64,000 bases of DNA from Trichosphaerium sp. ATCC 40318 (taxonomy: Eukaryota > Protista > Tubulinea). A program made the translations under genes and the position numbers. Shown one piece after another: positions 42,501-55,245 of this stretch (its first letter is position 1; every line of letters begins with the position of its first letter). The stretch is from positions 186,001-250,000 of the forward strand of contig JALMLS010000332.1 in the NCBI GenBank assembly GCA_038496445.1, in the 5' to 3' direction. The notes beneath the pieces were generated by a model. It ran no database searches. It was not told where the DNA came from and was given only the letters and a program-made list of their open reading frames with translations.

Positions 42501-42707
42501 CTAACGCACTTTTCTCTAGAGCTTCGTAGGGCTGTCAGTGATGTGTCAATTCAATTTAATAGAAAAAAGACAAGGTTCTCCTGGGCTATGGAGATAAGCA
42601 GTGGGAATGATAAATGGCATAAAGCTTCTAGAGCGCGTACTTTCACGCGTTCAAAGTCTTATCACCCAGGTCTATCAGTTGGCCCTGCTAAGGTGTTCAA
42701 GAAATGA
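39561..42707 (+). CDS. Calcineurin A-like PPP phosphatase with long charged N-terminal extension, multi-exon
   Basis: GDVHGQ, GDYVDRG, RGNHES, HGGLSP, DILWSDP, IIRAHQ, SAPNYCD, and CnB-binding-like [21 protein letters not shown]. Confidence 0.88.
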
Positions 42708-42841
42708 ATGAGACTAAAACGATTGTAAAAAAAACCCCCAGAATTAAATTACTTATTTGATTTGAGGTGTTAAGTTTTGTTTTAGTCAAACTGCTTTGTT
42801 TGGCATTGTAATTACGTACATGGTTATGTGTATTTCCAATA

Positions 42842-44842
42842 ATGAAGGTTTTGGTTAACGGGCGCTTACTTGTTAGCCGTTATAGCTCAATTGGCGCTCA
42901 TAGGCGTAAACGTGCGGGTTACCGCATTATAACACAACGCATAACTAGATTTTACTCCAATCAACGCATTCTGTAAGTTATCATCTCCAATATGTTATTA
43001 ATAGTGTTAGAAACGCTCAAAGGTCCCAGGTGAACGTACTAAGCGAAAAATTGCGTGTCACACACCTTGATGGGTTTTATAAGCATTGTATGCACGATCT
43101 TCGACTAGCAGGTAATCCGTTATTCGTACAACAAGGGTACAGGCACTTTTACGTTTGCTCAAAGCTAAAATTGAACAGCGTTTACAACACACTTTATAAC
43201 TGTCTAGTCACGTTATTTCCAGCTCATAAATGGCTCGCATGGAATTTCAAGTACAGAAAACGGCTTTGTCATGCATGAAAGGATCTAACTTTTTTGTAAA
43301 AAAAAAAGGACTATGCACGCTGGTGGTTGGGACGATATTGAAATGCAACGTAATTTTCTTGATTATATTGGGATGTACCTTGATATTCAAGATATGAGTG
43401 ATTGGTATCATTGTAATCATGAAGACATAATAGCTTTAGGAGGAGAGCATCTTTTAAAGAAAAGGTAAACTGATTTTTTGTTTGATTTTTCTTGTAATTT
43501 AGGCCGGTTTGCAATGGTTATTTATTACCCTTAGCTACGATGGATCATTTACAAAGATGCTTGAAAGAGTATATCCTGATTTTAAATGGTTAACTACAAA
43601 GTTCACGTGCGTCATAAACACGAAAAAAATAAGAAAAGTATTTTTTATTATTGGCTTGTAACTTTTTGGATAGACATGCACCAAGGAGGTATTGGCATGA
43701 TATTAATAACCAAAGGGCTCAATTCAATAATATTGCAAAAAAATTAAATATAAAGCACTTAGATGACTGGTATAATGTACATAGAAGTAAAATTGGATAC
43801 AAGTTAGACTATGTGATAAGGTAACAATCCCAACTTGGAAATAGAAAAACTTTAACATTCTTTCTTCGTAGGAGATCTTCTAATCTCTATGAGTCTCTTT
43901 CTGGGTTATATCCAGAACATAATTGGGATCCTCTATCGTTTAGGTATGTACACATACTCTAGAAATATTTGTCTGACAATTCGTAGGTATGTAAGCGGAG
44001 TCAGCTGGCGAGATCGCAAAAGTGTAATATCATACTTAAAAAGTGAGTTGTATTTTTTTTTATCAGTTTGTTTATCAACATTTTTTTATAGAGCTGGCCG
44101 CAAGTCATGATATTTCCAACCCAGTTGAATGGTATAGGCTTAAATTAAGTATGCATAAACGTGGTTTATGGGCACTTAAAGTGATGTATCCAAACCACAA
44201 TTGGCAGTTTTCACACTTCAAAGCAAAAGGAAAGAAGTTCAAACAAATGTACAGCACAACTTAAAAAAGGTTTTTTCTTACAATTTTCTAGGCTTCTTTT
44301 AAGGCGTGTATGTGCTATATTTCCAAATGATATTGTTCAAGAAGAGCACGTACTTGGTCAACCACTTGCCAACCCAGAAATCTCGACAAGTGTCGCAACA
44401 CTTGATATTTATGTTCCGAGGCTTAGACTAGCTTTTGAATACCAAGGTTTTTTTAACTTTCTTATTCGTGAAAGTATAACTCACGCTTTTATCATCTAGG
44501 AGAGCAACATTACAGAGATATAAGATATTTTGGATCTGTTCAGGAACAGGAGCAAAGAGATAGAATAAAAGCTTCACTCTGTGCTTCCAACGGTTAGTTT
44601 TCTTTTTTTTTTTTTGAGGAATCGTTTTTTGGCTTATGTTTTTTTGAGGTATTATCCTTATTGCTGTACCTTATTGGTGGGATGGAAAAAAGTCTTCATT
44701 ACGTGCTACAATACAAATACATGCACCTCATATACGATTTCAAAAGAACGAGGAAATAGGAGTACCAGTGCGTGGTTTACGGCCAAAGAATAAGCGATAT
44801 TTTGTTGGTTTGCAAAGCATGGAAAGTCAAGCACTGTCATAG
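42842..44842 (+). CDS. Trp-rich tandem-repeat protein with C-terminal PD-(D/E)XK/RAP-like nuclease domain (paralog 1), multi-exon
   Basis: Arg-rich N-terminus; repeats such as YWHDINNQRAQFNNIAKKLNIKHLDDWYNV...YPEHNW; LDIYVPRLRLAFEYQGEQHY...RDRIKASLCASNGIILIAVPYWWDG. Confidence 0.75.
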
Positions 44843-44947
44843 ATAAGAAAGTGTCAAGATAAATTGTAAATAACTCAAAGAACTACCAATATGTATTATA
44901 AGCCCTATCACTGATTCTAGTCCAGTAGTCCAAACCAAGAAAAAGTC

Positions 44948-46525
44948 ATGACCAGTTTGAATAAAATTGACGTAATTTTTTTTTTATGTTTTCTTCGGAT
45001 TCTGTTGCTCTAGATGGATCAATCGATCTCAGAACTCGCTGTTGATATTCTAAAGACAACTGATGCTGCTGAAAAGGCATTAAATATTTATTTCGTTTCA
45101 TCTACAAGCTTATTAACGCTAATAGGCTTCAAAAACGCTTGAAGTAGCTAAAAAATGGCAAGAAGGAGTTATTACCAAACTAGGGGAATGTATGCCTCCA
45201 GATCTTCCAGGACGTACGCGCAATGAGCTCTTTAACCATTATAACGCATAACCTAACAGTGGAATTAGGTCCAAGTTACGTTAAAATTCTGACACCTGGT
45301 ACGCGACTGTAAAGCCCCAAAAATGACGTAATACGCAGGAGAAATGCCAAAACGAGGCAAAGGAGGAACATTGGTACGTTTTAAAGACATTGTAGTGTCA
45401 CAATTCTCAAACGCGCCTAAAACACTCAAGGAAAATAGAGCAGCAATGCTACACGCTCTAGTACACATTGGTAATGTTTTCTGGTATTTGGACTGAACAA
45501 TAGCTGACTTTTTTGTTCGTTCAGAGTCTATTGCTGTAGACCTGGCCTGGGACATTATAGCAAGGTTCGGTTCTTCAAATAATATGCCTAAAGAATTCTA
45601 TGATGATTTCGTTAAAGTTGCACAAGATGAAGCACGTGTACGTCGGTTGAAAACACGTTTTCGACAACAATTTTTTGTGCTCTTTTTTTTTTGATGTCTT
45701 TTGGCTATGAGAGCGCTTGACGCGCCTTTTCTTGTTCCCGAAGACGCGTAACGGTAGCTTGCATACTAGATTGGTTATTTTTCTCATAAGTCAACTTATT
45801 TTTGTTGATAGCACCACACAATGCTTCATTCTAGATTAAAGGAACTGGGATATAAGTACGGCGATTTACCTGGACATGATGGATTATGGGAAAGCGCATT
45901 AAAGACATCAAAGAGTTTATTAGCAAGACTTGCTATAGAACATATGGTACACGAAGCAAGTAAGTTCACAAAGGAGAAAGGAACAAAAACATCCAGCTGA
46001 TATAAATTTTTTTCAAAGGAGGTTTGGATGTAACACCAAAGACCATAGAAAGGTACTACGTCCTCATATTTTTGTCTTGACACCCTTGCATTACACTACT
46101 TTATTGTTAATAGCACAAAAGGCAAAAACTACAGGCAGCACTCTAAGTTTTGAGATTTTTTTTGCCTTTTTTGGATATCTTTGTTTTTTCATTCTCTCTT
46201 GTAGGTTTAAATCAGCGGGTGATAAAAAGAGCGCTCTATTACTTGTTGATATATTAGAGGTATTATACATTTTAGCAAAAGGTAGATGTTAACGTTTTAC
46301 CGTGAATAGGAAGAAATCACACATGTTACAGTTGGTCAGAAATGGTTTAGTTACCAATGTAAACTAAATAACGAGGATCCTGTATCTACTTTTATAGATA
46401 TAGTACCTAAATACTTTCGTGGTGTTTTAAAACCACCCTTTAACAAACAAGCCCGTTTACAAGCCGGTATGACAGAAGAGTGGTACTTGCCTTTAACAAT
46501 AAAACCAAAAAAAAGTAGTAAATAA
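44948..46525 (+). CDS. Ferritin-like DUF455 family protein, multi-exon
   Basis: LHALVHIESIAVDLAWD, DEARH, YGDLPGHDGLWE, MVHEARGLDVTP, EEITHV..G.KWF, PPFNKQARLQAGM. Confidence 0.88.
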
Positions 46526-46689
46526 AACCTAAGTTTTGATAGCAACGTGAGAACCAACACAGCGATCGCTTTGTTTATGCGATGGGACCTTATTGAAGAA
46601 TAGGGTTTTGAGTTATTGGTTTTCAAAGTATTTGTTGAAGGTCTTTTTACATTTGTTGATTTTTTGCACCTACAGCGCCTCTTCTCTAT

Positions 46690-47542
46690 TTAGCGATGTT
46701 GTGGTATGTAGTTCGAGTTTTCTTCGTTCGTACGTCCGCACTTGTTTTGCAAAATAATCACGTGCAACTTAAATGTTAGGCACTTTTCGACGTTAGGCTT
46801 GCCAAGGCTGTTCCTATTGTAGGTTACAGTGCTATTCAGAATATTAATGCTACATTTTTACTAGTGGTTTTAAAAGTCTTGAGCCAAAAACTAATCCAGA
46901 GGTAACGGCATGTCTTTTTTTTTTTTCATTTTTTTGTACATTAGTTACAGCCGTTGTCCTCCTCATCCAAAACAAGGACGTAATTACATTATTTACATTA
47001 TATCCCATAAGATCCAGGTCCATTAAATAAAAAGAAATCGTCATCAAGGCGTTGGTTTTCTCCAGTTTTCGCTACAAATCGCGTACAAGAATTACATAAG
47101 GTACTTTAGAGACAGGAAAAAAAAGTTGTCTGTTATCGCTATTATTCTCTATTGAAAACACTAGTTGTAGCTTATCACCTTTATGTATAAGCGTATCATG
47201 TATAGGCGCTTCTATTTCTAATGTATATAGGTGCATAGGATCATCTAGTTCTATGATTATTGATTCATCTATTATTGAAGATAAAGAGCTATCAGGAGAA
47301 GTAATCTTACAGACATCAATGACCATTTTCATAGACTCCTCTGATGCTGCAACGCATACATATATTGTTATTGATGTATGCAGTTCACCTACTGTTTCAA
47401 ATAATGGAGTTTCAACTCTAAATACTTGAGCAACATAGCAGTCTAATGCAATATCTTCTTCATCTGTATCAGACGAAGATAGTTTTTTTTTGATACTTTT
47501 TATATTACTGCTACTACCGTCCTTGTTGTTTTTTGGTTCCAT
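46690..47542 (-). CDS. Hypothetical protein; 3' exons approximate
   Basis: Long first exon MEPKNNKDG... (~145 aa) ending at a GT donor, followed by an open second exon. Confidence 0.55.
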
Positions 47543-48285
47543 AAACTTTTTCTGTTTCTTGTAATATATCTTTATACGAGATGCAGCGCATAAGATTGTA
47601 TCGAAAAAAAAATGTTGTGTGACGCAAAATTGTTGCGCGGATTTTTGTGTCACACAATCAAGATATCAAAACAACGCTTAAACGCTCTATACACGATCAA
47701 AAGATAGTTTTAAAGCATATATAAGCATTTTAAACGACTTCTCGTCCTTTCAGAGTACAATCTTTCAGAAAACGCGAAAATCGGTTTTCAACGCCGAAGT
47801 ACAGATGTACGCTTTATTTTTGATTCTTTTCCGAGAACGCTTTTCAGAACAGCCGAAAATTTTTCAGTCTGGTTACGTTAATCAGAAATTTCCCAGTTTT
47901 CTTTGAAAACTTTTTTGGATTCGGTTTTCTGACTTTTCAATTGAAATCTTTATTATTCTGTCTCTTGTAAAGTTGTTACTATTGGTTTTCATTATGAGTT
48001 CAGTAATTTCTGTCAACCACAGGTTTTTTTGAACGTCAGATTTTCGTCATCAAATTTGTTTTTTTGTTGAATCTTGTTCAAGAAATTTAAGGCTTCAGCG
48101 AGCTCATAAACGCTGATTTACCATGCCCTTGTACTGAATCATGTTTCTCGTACTACAGGCGATGTTATTCTGATACTCTTCTTTCTTTTCGACCTTGGAA
48201 AAATCATTGCACTAGGAAGCAGTCGCTTCTCTTGCATAGTCAGCGCTGACTCATCATTCTTTGTACGGTTGATTCTAAATGTTGT

Positions 48286-50580
48286 TTACGTTGTTACTTT
48301 ATAATCGAAAGGAGACATTGTGTTGAAGCCACCTATACATAGAATTTAGCGTAATGGCTTGCTAATAATTGGTTTCGGTATTGAAAAAAAAAACTCTGAC
48401 AAAACAATACCTTGCTGTGAGATACAAGACCCAAGAGGCTCCACATGAGGCGGTGAGCGTAAAGGTATTGAAGGTACATAATGCTTGATAGTCGCTATTA
48501 TACTTTCCACGTCACCTCTCCACCAGTACGGTATCAGAACTAGCTCGACACCTTTTTTAAAAATCATATTAGTGATTTTGTTGGTCTATTTTTTCTTTTC
48601 GAACGGACCTGACTCCTTGCATTGTATAATCTTTTCATTATCTCTAGCATGCTGTACATTAACAGGAAATCTTCCAAACAGATTATCATGATAATGTTGT
48701 TCACCTATTTAAGCAACGGTGTCAATAAGCAAAAGGTAAAAAAAAGGTGTCTTACCTTCATATTCAATAGCGATATTAAAATCTGGAAGATAAATATCAA
48801 CTGTCATCCAAATATCAGTAGATCCTTTCAATCCAATAAAATGTTCTTCTACTATATGTGCAGAGGGGAATATATCCTTAATACAATGAACCAATCGCCT
48901 AGAAGAACGTTTAAGTACTGAGAAAGCGCAATATGTGCTAAGAAAAAAAGGGTCCCAAAATCTGAGAGAGCACGCACAGTTGCTTTGTTCGTTTCCCCAT
49001 CCATGGAAATTTCAACCAATGCCACTCATAGTTATTTGATAAAAGGTTAAGAGCTTGAGGGTAGTGCTTTAAGAATCCATTGCCTCCCAGTTTGCTTATT
49101 TGTGATTTTGAAATCCGATACCTTATATGCCTATCAGAAAAAAAAAGTATCAAGCAGTCATGTACCAAGAATCCAAAGTTGTTAGTCCTAGCTCTCGTCC
49201 AACCATTTCAAGGAATCCTCTTTGGTTTCTTGAATCTTCCCAGTATTCAGTAGATCTCATAGGTGCTCGAGAATCGTCCTTAAATAATGTAGAGATCAAG
49301 CGTTCCACAGAGTGATACCTTTCATCAAATTACATTACTTGGTTAAATATGCTTTCCTACGTACTTTGTCATTAGCGCTTTTCCGCCATGCGCTACGATT
49401 TGTTCTAAGTGATTGGAATTCCAATCAGATACAATTTTTATATCTAACTGACAAGCTATTGAGTTGACTATATCTCTATGTCTTTGTTCTGCTTCTCTTT
49501 TCTCTGATTCCCTAAAATAAACTTTAGAGATGTTAGTCGTCCAATGACGTACATGAGTTCCCATCCTCTCCATAGCTTAAAAGGGTAAACTGCTTGTAAT
49601 GTCGTCAATAGAGAGCCATTATATCTTGTAGGCAAGATGAGGTAACAGCTAGCATTCATGTGTACTTACCTTGATAAAATCTGAGAACCTCCAAAACTGA
49701 TAACTTTATCACGTGTTGTGCTATGCCAGTCATCAAGTATACGTATTCCCAAGCTCCTTGCTATATCATTAAGTTTATTAACTTGATATTTTGGATCGCT
49801 GGCAAGCTCCATTTTGGCCATACTTGACAACAAGGGTAAGAAGAAGGAGTTTCCACTACAATACTTAATTAAGAAGTATGCGCACTTAAACTTCCAAGAT
49901 TGCCACCTGTGACTCGGGAAATGTGCATTTAGCATACGCATAATACTCCCTCCATGCCTATTAATATCATGCTGTTAGTACAAATAAAAAATAGCATGTT
50001 GTAATTACTTGGTGAGGAGTTGAGAATAGCCAAGATTTTGTAAATCTGTTTCTGTTAGAGAATGAAAGTCATCCATGATTTTGAACTTGAGGTGCTCGGC
50101 AATAGCATTATACTTCTCTGGAGTGCTTTTAGATATGCCTGGAACATATTCATCGCTATTAGACTTGCGACGTTTAACCCTGGCAGAAGTTTAGATGAGA
50201 ATTGTGACTTTTGATGTCATGGCTTACTTGAAGTGCCTTGTATCCCATTGAAATGCTGGAAATATGCGTTGAAGCGCAGCAGCAGTAGATCCACCGTATC
50301 TGATGAGATTGTTGGCGATTGTAAGTGTCAAAAAAATACGCACTTGTGTATTACGATGCTACCACCTCCAGCACGGCTAATATCATTCTTTCTGACTTTG
50401 TACCATGCGTCAAATGTTTTAACGTTTAGTTTAGGCGCAATTACAGAGTCAAAAAACTCTTTTTGATTGCTAACGCTGTTCCAGTGGCCTTTTTGCGTGT
50501 TGGCTAATATTACGAGTGTTAGCTGTTACTTTTATGGTATTTACTGCCTCAAACGCACCTACGGCTACACGTAATGCCAT
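48286..50580 (-). CDS. Trp-rich tandem-repeat protein with C-terminal PD-(D/E)XK/RAP-like nuclease domain (paralog 2), multi-exon
   Basis: GHWNSVSNQKEFFDSVIAPKLNVKTFDAWYKV..GGGSIVIHKYGGS..LQRIFPAFQW repeats; VDIYLPDFNIAIEYEGEQHY...RDNEKIIQC..GVELVLIPYWW. Confidence 0.78.
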
Positions 50581-50703
50581 TGGTACATTCCGTTGGTATT
50601 TTTATGCGACTTACATAATAATTAAGTCCAGTTTCCGTTACACTTTCGTTTTACGCCTAATCGCAACAAGTGGGGAGCCCAGGTTGTATTGTGGCTATAT
50701 TAT

Positions 50704-53202
50704 ATGGCAACAGTACGTAGAACGATTAGAAAATCACAATTGGCCTCAAGAAAAGTACATGCGTCGTTAGAATACAAAAAACGTGTCGTTGACGCCAAAA
50801 TTGCTCCAAACATACCAGTATTTACACGTTGCGATTGGTTAGATGTCACACGCGAACAATTCGCCTCTGTTGGAGGTAGAAAGCTGTTGCGGTACAAATA
50901 ATATCGGTTTTATGTCACAATAATACTAAAAGTGTAACAGGGGCTCTAAATCTCTCATGAGACTGTTAAAAACGATATATCCGAGCGAGGAATGGCTACC
51001 TTGGAAGTTTACGTACGTTTGTGAGTAATCAAATGTGGCCCAACTGACACTTTACTAAAAACAGTTCTCGTCCCAACTTTTTGGACGATATAAAGCATCA
51101 AAGAGTTCTAGTCGATCACATCGGAATGTCATTAGAAATAAATGATCTGAGTGGTTGGTACGACATCTCTTGGAAGGATGTATACGCACATGGGGGTACA
51201 CGTGTCTTACAAAGGTAAATAAACAAGAAATTTGTTGGGTTCTTTTTTTTTTTGAGCTCTTTCAAAAAATGTTGACGTCATTGTTCGGTAGGTACAACAA
51301 TTCTTTGCATACCATGCTACAGACGTTGTATCCGTGGTTTGACTGGATTCCTTGGCAATTTCAGTACGTGTTTAATTGTCTTGTGATACAACTTTAAATT
51401 GAGATGAATACTAATTAATTCCCGTCAGGAAAGCTCCATTGAACTGCTGGAAGAATGTTCAAAACCAGAGGAATAAATTTGAAGAGATTGCGAGTTTATT
51501 AGATGTTAAGTGTCTTAGTGATTGCTATAATATTACAGCAGTGCTTATAACAAATAATGGAGGAGGAGGGATTATGGAATGGTACGTCAAAAAAAAAACT
51601 ATGTGCAAGTTTTCTTGTTTGCTTCCTTTAGATTTTTCCCTCTATTTTTCATCAAGATGAAGTGCAATGTTAATGTTAATTATTAAGGCACAACAGTAAC
51701 ATGTTATCATGTCTGCAAACTATATATCCTCAATACCCATGGGACCCTGAAAAATTACCGTAAGGAACTTCTATTTCTTTTTTTCCCTTTTGAAAAAAAA
51801 GTAGTTGTTTCTAATCTCTATCGCTTTTAGTCGTATGCCTATGAAATTTTGGGATAATGTAGATAATATCAGGGATAAATTAAACTACAGAGCGAAATTA
51901 CTAAATATTAAAACACAAGAGTGTTGGAAGGCCGTAACTATCAAGTAATCTCTTTTCTTTTTAAAATACATTGTTTTGTGATTTCTTTTGTTCGTAAGCT
52001 TGCATCTAGTTAATCACGCTTTTTAGAGATTTTGGAGATAGTTGTAAAAGTTTATTGTACAAGCACGTGGAGATTATTTCAAATGCGAAACTAAGCTATT
52101 TTTAGATTCAACAACTCAATGTCTAATATCCTCCTTGCTGCTTACGGTATGGACACCAGCATGAGAGCGAATGGGTTTTGGAAGGAAGAAAGTAATCAAA
52201 TAGAGTTTTTGCGTAGTGCAGCAAACTTGCTTTCGATTGAAACCGCTGAGGAATGGTAGGTTTTAAATGGCCTTTTTTATTTGTTGTATTTCTTTTTCAC
52301 ATTTTTTGTGGTGTAGGTACCACGTTTCTGGCTCTCAACTGTTGGCGTTAAACGGAGGAGGTATTCTAAAATATTACCCACATGTTCTTCGGGTATGGGA
52401 TCCTTCTATAGTGTGGGACTGGAAGCGTTTCACTCATGGTATTAAAAAAGCACAACAAAGAACGCTAACAACGCAAATTAATGACTTGTTTACAACACTT
52501 CAATGCGTACCACTACGGCTAGAAGGTTTACTGAAGTAACCGCATTAATGTCGCATACATACGCGAAAAAATCAGCTGTGACACATTGTTGACTTGAACC
52601 ACGAGTTGTACGTTTTGACTAGCAAGGTACAAACGATTTTTTTAAATGTAACGAATCCAGATTTTTTTGCTTTTTGTTTGATTTTGGTTTAGATCGCGTT
52701 CTGGTGGCCTTGTTTTCTTCACTGAAGAAATTTATGGCTTTAGAGTTTGTAACGAAGTGTATATACCGAGCGCGGCGGTTCGTAGTATTGACTATACACG
52801 AGGTTTCAATGCCGGAGAAAGAATTGTGCCGCAACTCAATGGTTTGTGAAATGGCATCAACGCACGTTTTCTCCGTTAATAGTTACGCTTACAGATGCTA
52901 GACTCAATAAAACCCAAGCGCATACCTCCGGTGAAGCCGTTATTTCACTCCGCAAAGAAACTAAAAATGCGCTAGTTGCGGTAAAGTAATTGTTAACATC
53001 AACATGTTGAGTCACTTTAAACAACACAACTTGTTTTAAAGAGTTTTGCGCGTAGTATTATGACACACTGCATATACATCAAGAAAGCACGATGTATAGA
53101 TCTCTTGGTGTCAGTGAGACTGAGCAGTATAGCCATTTGTATACTGCAGTTCGTTCAACCAGGCAAAAATACAAAAAAAAACTACTGTTAGCAAATAAAT
53201 AG
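50704..53202 (+). CDS. Trp-rich tandem-repeat protein (paralog 3) with degenerate nuclease-like C-terminus, multi-exon; 3' exons approximate
   Basis: MATVRRTIRKSQLASRKVHAS presequence-like; repeats FWTDIKHQRVLVDHIGMSLEINDLSGWY...YNNSLHTMLQTLYPWFDWIPWQF; C-terminal EVYIPSAAVRSIDY. Confidence 0.7.
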
Positions 53203-53431
53203 ATCTGAACTGAAAATTCACTTGTTTTCCCATCATCCCTTCTGAAATTCTTGTTTGCTACAAGTTTGTTGTTTTAGTAATATGTGACTACAATGTAAAT
53301 TATATCACGTGCGTGAAAGGTTATGATAACAACGTGTAGGGACGTTTTGTTTAAGTCTTATACTTGCTTAAAACAAAAATAAAAGAGAAAAAAGAAACTT
53401 CGCCTTGCGCGCAAGCCCCGGCACAGATGCT

Positions 53432-55245
53432 ATGTTAACAAAGAGTAGTAGCAAGAGTTCCTCGCTACTGACATTGCCTACGTTTGAAATGCTGAAGAGC
53501 AAACAGAGCAAGGCGGAAGTCAAAAAAAAGAAATTTAAAATGCCTTATAAGAAGGGACGATGCCTTGGGAAGGGTAAAACAGCAATTGTATTCGCCGGAA
53601 AACACCGCAAAACTAAAGAAAGGGTGGCGCTTAAATATTTCATATTTAATGATTTTAATGATAAACATCCTGGATATGTGGAGAGAGAATTAGGGATACA
53701 GAAAAAATTTGATCACCCAAATATACTGAAAGTATATGATATTATAGATTATAAAGGTTAGTGCATTTTTATGTATTATTGGATAAGAAAAAAATATGAT
53801 ATTACGGAAACGACGTAAAAAAGTAATAGTGGCGAAAGCTCTTTTTTTTTTTTTTGTTTTGATTTTTTTTTTTTCTTTCTTTCCTTACCTTCGCAAGTAC
53901 TTTATTAACTCAATACCAGAAATCGGTTTTTTTCAATTATCACGTAAACTACACACGTGATTTCGCATGAGTTTTTTTTTTTTTTTTCAAAACCTCCAAA
54001 GGTCACGTTTTCCCTCGTACTTTTTTTACTCCTTTTTTTTGGTGAAATAGAGTGACATCGACGTGGTATAAATCACGTGATGAAGCGTAACAACACGTTA
54101 CTTTTAAAACTCCGCAAAAAATTTCAGACCTATTTTAATACTTACTGCTGTTTGTTTCAGGAAACCCACTCTTGGTTATGGAGCGTGCAGAAGGGAATTT
54201 ACTTGATTTTATGCAGAATAGAGCATACATGTATTTTGACAACATGGTTCGAAGCATTATTCGACAAGTCCTCTCAGCACTTGTTCATATACATCAACTT
54301 GGGTTTGTCCATAGAGATATTAAACCAGGTAAGGTTTTAAACCATTTATAGTGTTCCTTGACACGCGACAAACTAAAAATGTTTTCTGAAAAAACTAACA
54401 AAAGTCCGATTTTAGGAAACATTCTGGTAGGCGCCAAGGGTGTCATTAAAGTTGCAGACTTTGGTTTTACGAGATCTATTAGATACACTCTTGCAGGATC
54501 AAAAGCCGTTAGTGGAACTCCAGATGTAAGTACAGCGCTCTAAATCGAACAAAAAACCCAATCGAGTATTCTTCTTTTTTTTTTGGTGAATGTTTTCGTA
54601 CTTTCCAAAAATTGAATATCCTTCTCACTTTATTTTTTGCTTTAGTTTATGCCACCTGAATGCTATGTTGGCGATAGGGTATACAACGAGAAATTTGATA
54701 TTTGGTCTACAGGAGTAACGTAAGAATTAAACAAATCAGATTTTTCTTTTTTTTTTTTGTAATTTCTGCCACGTGATTTATTTTTGTGACCGCTTTTTTG
54801 TTGTTTTGACAATTGGTGGGGCCATGGCGAACAAATTACCTAAAATACAGCTTTTGTACTGTTTATTGCAAGTTGCATCTTTCACGTGTTTTTTTTTTCT
54901 TTGACTTTTTTTATTGTTCTTCTTTGGTCGGCTTTGATTTGACTTCTTTATTAAAGATTGTGTTATCTACTTCTCCGACGACGTCCAGTTGATCTTAAAC
55001 CAAAAAACAAAGAAGGAAGAGAGGAAATTATGCGTCGTTTAATCAAGATTGGTAAAGTAGACACGCTTCACTATGAAAAAGAATTAGGAGAAAATAGACG
55101 ATTTGTGTCTGCTCTATTGACTGTTGATTATACAAAAAGACCAAGCGCTTCGGAGTGTTTGAAAATGCCTTGGTTTAGTGATTTTGATGAAAAGCAAAAT
55201 AATGATTATAGTAAGCGGCTAGCAGCTCTCAGTACAATAATGTAA
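53432..55245 (+). CDS. Ser/Thr protein kinase, paralog of 11644-12657, multi-exon
   Basis: LGKGKTA, VALK, HRDIKP, KVADFG, FMPPE..RVYNEKFDIWS, LTVDYTKRPSASECL. Confidence 0.9.
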
